This document shows, piece after piece, positions 8,472 through 16,511 of a stretch of DNA of 53,936 bases. The DNA lies in contig CAZKVI010000005.1 of the NCBI GenBank assembly GCA_964556185.1, forward strand, positions 1 through 53,936, given 5' to 3'. The DNA comes from an uncultured Methanosarcinales archaeon (GTDB taxonomy: Archaea > Nanobdellota > Nanobdellia > Woesearchaeales > DSVV01). The translations under genes and the position numbers were made by a program. The notes below the pieces were generated by a model that did no database searches, was not told where the DNA came from, and was given only the letters and a program-made list of their open reading frames with translations. Position 1 is the stretch's first letter. Each line of letters opens with the position of its first letter.

Positions 8472-9934
8472 AAGAATACAATGAAATATTGGATATTTTG
8501 AAAAAAGAGAAGTTTTGGGGAGAAGGATGTCCTGTTAGATTACAATTATTCCATTATATAATGCAGTGTTTTGTAAATAATGAATCAATTTTAGGAAAGC
8601 CTGCTTTGACTTATTCATTTGATGGATATAAAGAAGGTGTTGTAGCTGAGATAACACCTTGGCAAGAGAAGTATGATTTATTTGAAGAGTTATTTGAGAA
8701 ATCTAAAAAAAATAATGATTATCTTAGGAAGTTTGTAAAACCATTCTGGAGATTGAAAGAAGAAGTAAGAGGGGTTCATGAAGAAACTATGAATGTTGAG
8801 TTGAGTGAACTCTCTGACGATGATTTAGCTAACTTATATAAGAAATTACATAAAGTTTTGTATGAGTTTGTGATTTATGGGACTTATTTTGAAATTGTTG
8901 ACCCATATTCTGAAACCATGGCTGAAAAATTGAAGAAAAAGTATGATTTAGAAGGTAAAGATGTTGCTGGAATGGTTGTAACATTGTCTACACCTGAAAA
9001 AAGGAGTTTTTTAACACAAGAAAAGATGGATTTTGCTAAACTGTGTTTAGGGAAAATTAGTGTTAGGGATTTTCATAAAAAATATTTCTGGATGGATTCC
9101 ACTTACAAAGATGCTCCTGAATTAACTCAAAATGAGATTAAAAAAAGGGTTGAGAAAGAGTTAAATGAGAAGAGTAAACTAGAGCTTGAGAATGAAATTA
9201 GAGGAACAATAAGATATGAATATGATTTAGTAAAGAAGAAAGAGGAAATAATTAATGAAATTGGTTTGGATGAAGATGATAAATTGTTATTTTCTTTGAT
9301 TGCGGAGCTTGGTAGATTAATTGATAAAAGAAAAGTTGGTATGATGACTGGAAATTATTCAAAATACCATATTATTGCAGAGATTGCTAGAAGAAAGGAG
9401 ATTGCATTGGATGATTTGATGTTTTTTACAGAAGAAGAGACAATTAAATTTTTGTTGAGTGGAGAAGTTGATATTAATGAGATTTTGAAACGTAAAGGAT
9501 TGTGTTTTATTTATAATGCACCAGGAGAAGAACAAATTTTTGTTGGTGATGAAGCTAAGGAATTGTATGAAGTATATATGAAGAACATTTTAGGAGAAGA
9601 TTTCAAGGGAAATGTTACATATGATCCAGGAGAAAAGGTTATAGGGAAAGTATGTAGAGTGATTAATACAAAAATTGATAAATTTGAGGAAGGGAGCATA
9701 TTAGTTACAACAATGACAAGACCTGATTTTATGCCTTTAATGAGAAAAGCTAAGGCTGTTATTACAGACGAAGGTGGATTGACTTGTCATGCAGCAATTG
9801 TTTCGAGGGAGATGAAGATTCCTTGTATTGTTGGAACAAAGATTGGAACTAAAATGCTTAAGACTGGAGACGTAGTTGAGATGAATTTTTGTTTAGGAAA
9901 AGTTCATAAAGTTAAAGGAAAAGATGAAGAATAA
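8468..9934 (+). CDS. Paralogue 2 of the swivel-His-domain family
   Basis: The C-terminus is ILVTTMTRPDFMPLMRKAKAVITDEGGLTCHAAIVSREMKIPCIVGT. The start overlaps the stop of paralogue 1 (ATGA at 8468-8471). Confidence 0.8.
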   Translation: MKEYNEILDILKKEKFWGEGCPVRLQLFHYIMQCFVNNESILGKPALTYSFDGYKEGVVAEITPWQEKYDLFEELFEKSKKNNDYLRKFVKPFWRLKEEVRGVHEETMNVELSELSDDDLANLYKKLHKVLYEFVIYGTYFEIVDPYSETMAEKLKKKYDLEGKDVAGMVVTLSTPEKRSFLTQEKMDFAKLCLGKISVRDFHKKYFWMDSTYKDAPELTQNEIKKRVEKELNEKSKLELENEIRGTIRYEYDLVKKKEEIINEIGLDEDDKLLFSLIAELGRLIDKRKVGMMTGNYSKYHIIAEIARRKEIALDDLMFFTEEETIKFLLSGEVDINEILKRKGLCFIYNAPGEEQIFVGDEAKELYEVYMKNILGEDFKGNVTYDPGEKVIGKVCRVINTKIDKFEEGSILVTTMTRPDFMPLMRKAKAVITDEGGLTCHAAIVSREMKIPCIVGTKIGTKMLKTGDVVEMNFCLGKVHKVKGKDEE

Positions 9935-9961
9935 ATTAAAGATTGATGGGGTTGATAAAAA

Positions 9962-11431
9962 ATGGTTATAGATTTACAAAAGTTTGCTAAAGAAAGATGG
10001 TATTTTCAAGGTATTAATGCAGTACCTGCATTTATTCATGCTGGGCCTGTTTCTGCAATATTTGTAATGAAAGACTCCCTTGGTTTTAATTATTCAAAGT
10101 TTATGCTAGTTTTCAAGAATGATTTTTGTGATTATGTGTACAATAGGGAAGATTTGCATAATGTAGCTGATAATATTGTTAAGAGATATAAAAAAGATAA
10201 AAATTATACAAAATTTCTTTTAGATAAAAGTCTTGAGGAGGCAAAACCATTTTTAGAACATATAAAAAAAGTGGTTCCAAAAATAAAAGAGATGACTGAT
10301 GAAGAATTATTGAATAATTATAAAGAATTCTCAGAAATATTTTATTCTATTTTTGGGGCCTCCCATAGTGTAGAAGGATTTTCTTTAACAAGCGATGTTT
10401 TAATTAAAGATATGTTAATGAAGACTTTACAGGAAAAAGGACTTGATGATAAATTTACTGAATATTTTAATTTATTAATGCAACCAACTAGGTCTACTTT
10501 TAATTTAGAATCAAATAATATGATGCATAGGATGATTGAATTGTATAAAGAGGACGAGAAGGGTAAAAAATTGGGGAAATTAATTGATAAGTATGTGGAA
10601 AAGTTTTATTGGATAAAATATTCTTGGATTGGTGGGGAAAGAATTACTAAAGAGAATGTTTTGGAAGAGATTAAAGAACATATTGAAAAGAATGATGAAA
10701 TTAAGCACATTGATGAGGAAGAATTACAAAAAAACAAAGAGAAAAAGAGAAAGCTTTGCAAGGAGCTGGATCTAAATGAAGAATTAATGATGTATTTAGA
10801 TATAACAGAATTTATGGCATATTGGCAAGATGATAGAAAGATAAATATTCTTATGGGTGTTTGTGTATTCCAAGATTATGTTGATGAGCTATCCAAAAGA
10901 AGCGGGATAAAAGGAGAGAATCTGAAATATATGCTCCCTGATGAAATTGAAAGTTTTGAAGACTTTGATGAGGAAGAACTTAAGTTGAGGAGAAAAGGTA
11001 GTGCTTTTTTATATGTTGATAGTGAAAGGGAAATTTTATCTGGGGAAAAGTTTGAAGATTTTGAAAAAATGCTAGCAAAGGAAGGAAAAGAAGATGATGT
11101 TAAAGAAGTATGTGGCATGTGTGCTTCTGTTGGGAAAGCAGTTGGTAAAGTAAAAGTTTGTTTAACAATGGATGATCTAAAAAAACTTGAAGAAGGAGAT
11201 GTTTTAGTTACAACAATGACAAGACCTGAATTTTTCCAAGCAATGAAAACTGCTGCTGCATTTGTTACAGACGAAGGAGGGTTGACTTGCCATGCAGCAA
11301 TTGTAGCTAGAGAATTTAATAAACCATGCATAATTGCGACTAAGAACGCCACTAAATTATTAAAAGATGGTGATTTAGTAGAAGTAAATGCTAATCATGG
11401 TGTTGTAAAAGTTATAAAGGATGAGGAATAA
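9962..11431 (+). CDS. Paralogue 3 of the swivel-His-domain family
   Basis: The C-terminus is VLVTTMTRPEFFQAMKTAAAFVTDEGGLTCHAAIVAREFNKPCIIAT. The N-terminal ERWYFQG aligns with paralogue 1. Confidence 0.8.
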   Translation: MVIDLQKFAKERWYFQGINAVPAFIHAGPVSAIFVMKDSLGFNYSKFMLVFKNDFCDYVYNREDLHNVADNIVKRYKKDKNYTKFLLDKSLEEAKPFLEHIKKVVPKIKEMTDEELLNNYKEFSEIFYSIFGASHSVEGFSLTSDVLIKDMLMKTLQEKGLDDKFTEYFNLLMQPTRSTFNLESNNMMHRMIELYKEDEKGKKLGKLIDKYVEKFYWIKYSWIGGERITKENVLEEIKEHIEKNDEIKHIDEEELQKNKEKKRKLCKELDLNEELMMYLDITEFMAYWQDDRKINILMGVCVFQDYVDELSKRSGIKGENLKYMLPDEIESFEDFDEEELKLRRKGSAFLYVDSEREILSGEKFEDFEKMLAKEGKEDDVKEVCGMCASVGKAVGKVKVCLTMDDLKKLEEGDVLVTTMTRPEFFQAMKTAAAFVTDEGGLTCHAAIVAREFNKPCIIATKNATKLLKDGDLVEVNANHGVVKVIKDEE

Positions 11432-11445
11432 GTTGAGGGAATTAA

Positions 11446-12903
11446 ATGAAGAAAGTCAATTGGTGGATCTGGGAAAGACCTGCATCATTATTCTGGACAT
11501 ATACTGCTGCATGTAGTGCAGCCTATCCTTTAGTTAAAATATACGGAACTTGTTATGCAGATAGAATCTATGGCTTTTTTAGGAATGGAATAGTTAGATG
11601 GATGTGTGATATGGATCAGTTGGTTGCAAATGGTAAAAAAGTTATTCCGGTTCTTAGTAAAGAAGAGGAGTTTGAGAAAAAAGAAGTTATTAGAAAAGAC
11701 TGGGAAGAAAAGTTAAAAGCATTTTATAGGGGAATTGAGAATGCGACGCTTGCTGAGATGGATGATGCTGAACTATTGAAACTTCTCAATGATTTTGATT
11801 ATACATATAGAGAATGGTGGGGAGTAACTCAAGTAGCTGAGCTAGTTGCTTATGGTGGGGAAGATATTCTTAAAGAAAGATTGACAGAAGACCAATTTAA
11901 AGAATATTTTAGTATTCTTGTTACACCAACAAAAAGATCATATACTAATGAAGAAGAGGATGAAATATTTGAAATAGTGAAACTAGCTAAAGAAAAAGGG
12001 ATTGATGAAGTTAAAAATGAGATAAAAAAGCATGCACGAAAATATTATTGGTTGCAGAATAATTTTCATGATACAAAAATATTAGATGATGGATATTTTA
12101 TTGATGTTGTGAAAAAACATTTAGAAAGTGGTGTTGACGTCGATAAATTAAGAGAAGATAATGAAAAAAGACTAGAAAGAGTGAAAAAAGAGAAAGAGGA
12201 AATAATGAATGAGTTAGATTTTGATGATAAGTTAAGAAAATTAGTGTGGTTAATTGATGAATTCTGTTATCTTCAGGATTTAAGAAAGTCAATTGACATG
12301 CAGGCAAATGGTTATTTTGCAGATATATGTAGAGAAGTTTCTATACGTAAAGAAATAGATTTTGATTTATTAAGATGTGCTGTACCTGATCAAATAAGAG
12401 CTCTTTTGTCTGGGAAAGACTTAGAAGAAGAAGTATTTAGAAAACAGAAAGAACATTGTGTAATTATATTCAATGATAAAGATTATAGCTCAGAAGTTTA
12501 TGGTGGAAAAGAAGCAGAAGAAAAGGAAAAAGAAATACTTGGAGAAGATATTGATTTAAGAGCAAAAACAGAGATAGAAGGAATGTGTGCAAGCACAGGA
12601 AGATATACTGGAAAAGTAAGAAAGATATTGAATGCAAGAGATGTAGGCAAATTACAAGAAGGTGAAGTTCTTGTTGCTACAATGACTTCTCCTGATTTAG
12701 TTACAGCTATGAAAAAAGCAGGTGCAATTGTAACAGATGAAGGTGGAATTACTTCTCATGCTGCAATTGTTAGTCGAGAATTAGGTATACCTTGTGTAAT
12801 TGGTACTAAAATTGCCACAAAGGTTTTAAAAGATGGTGATTTAGTTGAAATTAAGGCAAATCATGGACTTATAAAAATTATCCAGAAATGGGAAGGGGAT
12901 TAA
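11446..12903 (+). CDS. Paralogue 4 of the swivel-His-domain family (Ser replaces Cys before the His)
   Basis: The C-terminus is VLVATMTSPDLVTAMKKAGAIVTDEGGITSHAAIVSRELGIPCVIGT. The mid-protein KYYWLQNNF corresponds to the YYWKNN landmark. Confidence 0.8.
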   Translation: MKKVNWWIWERPASLFWTYTAACSAAYPLVKIYGTCYADRIYGFFRNGIVRWMCDMDQLVANGKKVIPVLSKEEEFEKKEVIRKDWEEKLKAFYRGIENATLAEMDDAELLKLLNDFDYTYREWWGVTQVAELVAYGGEDILKERLTEDQFKEYFSILVTPTKRSYTNEEEDEIFEIVKLAKEKGIDEVKNEIKKHARKYYWLQNNFHDTKILDDGYFIDVVKKHLESGVDVDKLREDNEKRLERVKKEKEEIMNELDFDDKLRKLVWLIDEFCYLQDLRKSIDMQANGYFADICREVSIRKEIDFDLLRCAVPDQIRALLSGKDLEEEVFRKQKEHCVIIFNDKDYSSEVYGGKEAEEKEKEILGEDIDLRAKTEIEGMCASTGRYTGKVRKILNARDVGKLQEGEVLVATMTSPDLVTAMKKAGAIVTDEGGITSHAAIVSRELGIPCVIGTKIATKVLKDGDLVEIKANHGLIKIIQKWEGD

Positions 12904-12904
12904 T

Positions 12905-14023
12905 ATGGTAAATAATATTAAGAAAGATATAAAGTTGTTTTTGAAGGATGTTAAAAAAGGACAGAATAAGAAAAGAGTTATTGAGTTTAAGGTGGATAAA
13001 GTTATGCATCCTAAAAATATGTTTCTTTGTTATTTTAGGAAGTTGTGTTTTATTGTTTTGGGTAAGGTTCCGCCAAGTAGAATCAAAAATAATATTACAA
13101 GAATGTTAGGGGTAAAGCTTGGAAAGGATGTTTGTTTACCAATGGATGTACTATTTGATCATGTTTATCCTGAGTTGATAAGTGTTAAAAAAGATACAAT
13201 AGTTGGTGGGTATTCTCAATTATGGGCACATGAGTTTAAGGATGGAAAGTTGAAGATTGGTAAAGTAGATGTTGGTAAAGAAGCATTAGTTTGTGGTGCA
13301 TGTACTGTGGCTCCTGGAGCAGAGATAGGTGATGGTGCTTTAATTGGTGGTTGGAGTTATATGGAAGGGAAAGCTAAGGCATATGAATTTTGGGGAGGTA
13401 CACCTTGTAGATTTCTAAAAAAATTACCAGAAGATTGGAATTATATTGATAGAAGCAATCCACGAAATTATTACAAAGAGAGTAGAAAAGTAATAAAAGA
13501 ATATATTGATGATCCAAAAAGAACAGAAACATTTCATGTTATGTATAAAGGTTCTAGAGGAAATGCTGGATGTGATTGGTATTTAGTTAGATCAACAACT
13601 CGAATTTGGCTAACTGCTGCATGGATTGAATTTTGTAACTTTTTTCCTGCTTGCGGATTGAAGAATTTCTTATTAAGGTTTACTGGTGTGAAAATAGGTA
13701 AAGGTGTAAAGATTCCAATTGGAGGAAGATTTGATCATATTTATCCAGAACTCATAACAATTGGAGATAATGTAGTAATTGAAAAGATGGCTTATGTTGG
13801 AAGTCATGATTTTACAAATAATAGATCAACTGTTGGAAGAATTAGTATTGGGAAGAATACAATAGTTGGTAGTGGAAGTGCTGTTCAAGCAGGCATAAGT
13901 GTTGGTGAGGATGTGATTATTGAACCACAAACATTTGTAAATAAAGATGTGCCTAGTAAAGCTTGTATCGGAGGTATACCTGGGAAAATAAAGAATCCTG
14001 AAGATGTTGAGACATCACTATAA
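12905..14023 (+). CDS. Internally duplicated left-handed beta-helix (hexapeptide-repeat, WcaF-like) acyltransferase
   Basis: There are two homologous halves: LGVKLGKDVCLPMDVLFDHVYPELISVKKDTIVGG and TGVKIGKGVKIPIGGRFDHIYPELITIGDNVVIEK. Each is followed by hexapeptide-like I/V-G-x repeats. The gene starts 1 nt after paralogue 4. Confidence 0.7.
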   Translation: MVNNIKKDIKLFLKDVKKGQNKKRVIEFKVDKVMHPKNMFLCYFRKLCFIVLGKVPPSRIKNNITRMLGVKLGKDVCLPMDVLFDHVYPELISVKKDTIVGGYSQLWAHEFKDGKLKIGKVDVGKEALVCGACTVAPGAEIGDGALIGGWSYMEGKAKAYEFWGGTPCRFLKKLPEDWNYIDRSNPRNYYKESRKVIKEYIDDPKRTETFHVMYKGSRGNAGCDWYLVRSTTRIWLTAAWIEFCNFFPACGLKNFLLRFTGVKIGKGVKIPIGGRFDHIYPELITIGDNVVIEKMAYVGSHDFTNNRSTVGRISIGKNTIVGSGSAVQAGISVGEDVIIEPQTFVNKDVPSKACIGGIPGKIKNPEDVETSL

Positions 14024-14090
14024 GATAAGTCATTAGTATATGTAATACAGGATAAACCACAGAAGCTAAAGCTTCTTGGTTTGCTAGCGC

Positions 14091-14102
14091 AAACTTTAAA
14101 AA
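14091..14102 (+). promoter_or_regulatory. TATA-like box for the 14125 gene (leaderless spacing)
   Basis: The sequence aaactttaaaaa lies about 25-30 nt upstream of ATG 14125. Confidence 0.4.
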
Positions 14103-14124
14103 CCCTGTTTTTCTATTTTTGTTT

Positions 14125-15099
14125 ATGAAATATATATTAAGTATTATTATGATTGTTATTTTTCTATTTTTAAGTAGTTTTGTTTGTGCAAAAAATATTG
14201 ATTTAAATAGAGATGATTGTGTAGATGATAATGATTTAGATATATTGATTGCTAATTATGCATCAGAAGATTACGAGACATTTGATTTAGATGAAGATGG
14301 TGAAATTGATATCAATGACCATAGAATTATAAATTCTTACAAAAAGAAAGGGTCTTCAAAAGGTGTTTATATTTGTAATGGATTTGAATGTCATGATGAA
14401 GTTTGTAATGGCGAAGATGATGATTGTGATCTTATTGTTGATGAGGGATGTGAAGAACCAGAGGAAACATATTGTGAAAAAACAGATGAAAAAGATGTAT
14501 ATGTAAAAGGAGATATTGAAAGTGATGAGTTTCAAGGAAATGATTTTTGTTTTCTTAGAAAAGACCTAGATAATGAGAAAGAAGAAACCCATAATTGTAA
14601 AGGGGAGAACTGTTTTTTAGTTGAATATGATTGTAATAATGAAAATGAAGTAGATGAATTTTTATATGAATGTGAATATGGTTGTTGGGAAGGTGCTTGT
14701 ATAAATGCAGAATGTGAAACATTAGATGACATAGAGGTTGACTTTTCAGAAGATCTTTGTGATTTTGCAATTGATGATTGTGGCTATTCATATGATTGGA
14801 TTAAAACAAGGTGTTGTGGTGATGATTCTAATGAATTTATTAGGTGTGATGAAACTGGTGAGTGTTTATGTTGTTTTAATCCAGAAGAAGAATATGTTAA
14901 TGGAAAATGTGATTTTATTGTAGAAGAAAGTGAAGAACAAAGTATAACAAAGAAATACAATGCTGATGTGCCCCTTATAATAGGTGCTGCATTATTATTG
15001 TTCGTGGTTGTTTTCTTAGCATTTATGGGCAAACCAAAAGATAAAGTTGTAAAGAAGAACGATAAAAGTAAGAAAAATACAAAGAAAGTAAAAAGTTAA
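14125..15099 (+). CDS. Secreted, C-terminally anchored cysteine-rich acidic protein with an N-terminal dockerin-like Ca-binding repeat pair
   Basis: The signal peptide is MKYILSIIMIVIFLFLSSFVCA. The dockerin/EF-hand-like repeats are DLNRDDCVDDNDLDIL and DLDEDGEIDINDHRII. Many Cys residues follow, then a C-terminal TM (LIIGAALLLFVVVFLAF) and a Lys-rich tail. The ORF track start at TTG 14119 was replaced by ATG 14125. Confidence 0.65.
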   Translation: MKYILSIIMIVIFLFLSSFVCAKNIDLNRDDCVDDNDLDILIANYASEDYETFDLDEDGEIDINDHRIINSYKKKGSSKGVYICNGFECHDEVCNGEDDDCDLIVDEGCEEPEETYCEKTDEKDVYVKGDIESDEFQGNDFCFLRKDLDNEKEETHNCKGENCFLVEYDCNNENEVDEFLYECEYGCWEGACINAECETLDDIEVDFSEDLCDFAIDDCGYSYDWIKTRCCGDDSNEFIRCDETGECLCCFNPEEEYVNGKCDFIVEESEEQSITKKYNADVPLIIGAALLLFVVVFLAFMGKPKDKVVKKNDKSKKNTKKVKS

Positions 15100-15118
15100 A
15101 ATAATAAGTAAAAGATAA

Positions 15119-15352
15119 TTATAAGAATTTCTTAGCTTCTTCTGGAGAATTTGCTCGTCCTATTTCTTTATCATCTTCTAGAAAAATTGCTGTTGGGGCA
15201 TTTTTTACACTATATCTCCTTGCCACATCTAAGCCTTCCGGGGTTGCTGCATCTACAAAATCGCCTTCCATCCCACATTCTTTCATAAATTCCTTCATTG
15301 CAGGGCAAGAAGGGCATGCTGGCATAGTTACTAGAATAAATTTCTTTGTCAT
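15119..15352 (-). CDS. Small thioredoxin/glutaredoxin-like redox protein
   Basis: It is 77 aa with an N-terminal CPSCP active-site-like motif (MPACPSCPAMK) in the usual position of a Trx fold. Confidence 0.7.
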   Translation of the reverse strand: MTKKFILVTMPACPSCPAMKEFMKECGMEGDFVDAATPEGLDVARRYSVKNAPTAIFLEDDKEIGRANSPEEAKKFL

Positions 15353-15364
15353 TGTATCACCTTT

Positions 15365-15820
15365 TTATTTACGTTTTATTAATTTAGATAATTCTTTTTC
15401 AAAACTTGATAAATCTGCAAATTCTCTATATACTGAAGCGAATCTTATGTATGCTACTTTATCTAGTTTTTTTAGTTTTTTCATAACTAGCTCCCCTACT
15501 GCCTTACTTGGTACTTCTGTAGAATCCATTTTTCTAATATCAGCTTCAATTTCATTTACAGTTGTTTCTATTTGATCCATTGTTATGTTTGTTTTTTCGC
15601 AGGCCCTTATAAATCCTTTTTTCAATTTATCTCTATCAAATTGTTCTCTTTTGCCATCTTTTTTAACAATAATAATATTAGAAGTTTCTACTCTTTCATA
15701 TGTTGTAAAACGTTTTTCACAATCAAGACATTCTCTTCTACGTCTAGTTACTACATAATCTTCTGTTTCTCTTTTATCAACAACTTTTGTACCTTGATTA
15801 CTACAATAAGGACATTTCAC
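15365..15820 (-). CDS. nrdR: NrdR-type transcriptional repressor (zinc ribbon plus ATP-cone)
   Basis: The zinc ribbon is MKCPYCS...RRRRECLDCEKRFTTYERVE. An ATP-cone follows: VKKDGKREQFDRDKLKKG...VAYIRFASVYREF. Confidence 0.9.
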   Translation of the reverse strand: MKCPYCSNQGTKVVDKRETEDYVVTRRRRECLDCEKRFTTYERVETSNIIIVKKDGKREQFDRDKLKKGFIRACEKTNITMDQIETTVNEIEADIRKMDSTEVPSKAVGELVMKKLKKLDKVAYIRFASVYREFADLSSFEKELSKLIKRK

Positions 15821-15824
15821 TTAA

Positions 15825-16511
15825 TCACCCTTTATTTTTAGATTTTTTGTAATTTAAATGTTTTCTCAAAAATAAACCAGTTCCTAAATAGAAAATTGCA
15901 CAGATTGATGAGTGGATAAATATTGATATTGTAAAGTCTTTGAAGAATTGTTCTGGATAGAGATTTATTAGATTATCTGTGTTTGGGTTTAAAAGCCAGA
16001 GATCGTTTGTGAAAAAGATTTTGTGGAATAAAAAGAATAACTTTGGGAAGATTGGTGAGAGTACTGCTGCTAAGGCCAGGAGTATTAGGATTGATGAACC
16101 TGTGTAGATTATGATTTTGCTTAGTTTTTGTATTCCATATAGTTTACAATAGATTATTGTTAGCATGGTTAGTAGAATTCCTATTATGTAGTATGTTAAG
16201 ATTGTTTTGTTTATTAGATTTCTTACATCGATCATGTGTAATTTGTCTTTTTCACTAAAAAAGTCTGTGCCTATTGTGTCTGTATTTGATTTCATGTAAT
16301 CCCACAATGCAAATGTGTTTTTCCAGGTTTCAAGTTTGTCAAATTTAGTGTAGATATTGTTTTTTTCATATTCATTGTTGTAAAAGTCGATGTCATATAT
16401 TAAAGATTTAAAATGGAATAGAAATGTTGAGATTATTAGAAGGATTACAATTGTTGTGAATAAGATTGTTTTGATTTTTGTGTTTTTTATTGCTTTTGTT
16501 TTTTTATGCAT
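15825..16511 (-). CDS. Integral membrane protein (DUF1461-like topology, function unknown)
   Basis: An N-terminal TM and a ~70-aa loop are followed by 3-4 further TM helices. The start overlaps the ABCE1 stop by 8 nt. Confidence 0.6.
   Translation of the reverse strand: MHKKTKAIKNTKIKTILFTTIVILLIISTFLFHFKSLIYDIDFYNNEYEKNNIYTKFDKLETWKNTFALWDYMKSNTDTIGTDFFSEKDKLHMIDVRNLINKTILTYYIIGILLTMLTIIYCKLYGIQKLSKIIIYTGSSILILLALAAVLSPIFPKLFFLFHKIFFTNDLWLLNPNTDNLINLYPEQFFKDFTISIFIHSSICAIFYLGTGLFLRKHLNYKKSKNKG

Noticed and set aside
14056-14082. An imperfect hairpin, ccacagaagc-taaa-gcttcttggtt, after the LbH gene, considered as a riboswitch or regulatory RNA.
   Set aside because: It is short, with a 6-bp perfect stem plus a bulged extension. 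It sits directly after the operon's last stop codon, so it is most simply a terminator-like element and is too weak to list as a confident feature.
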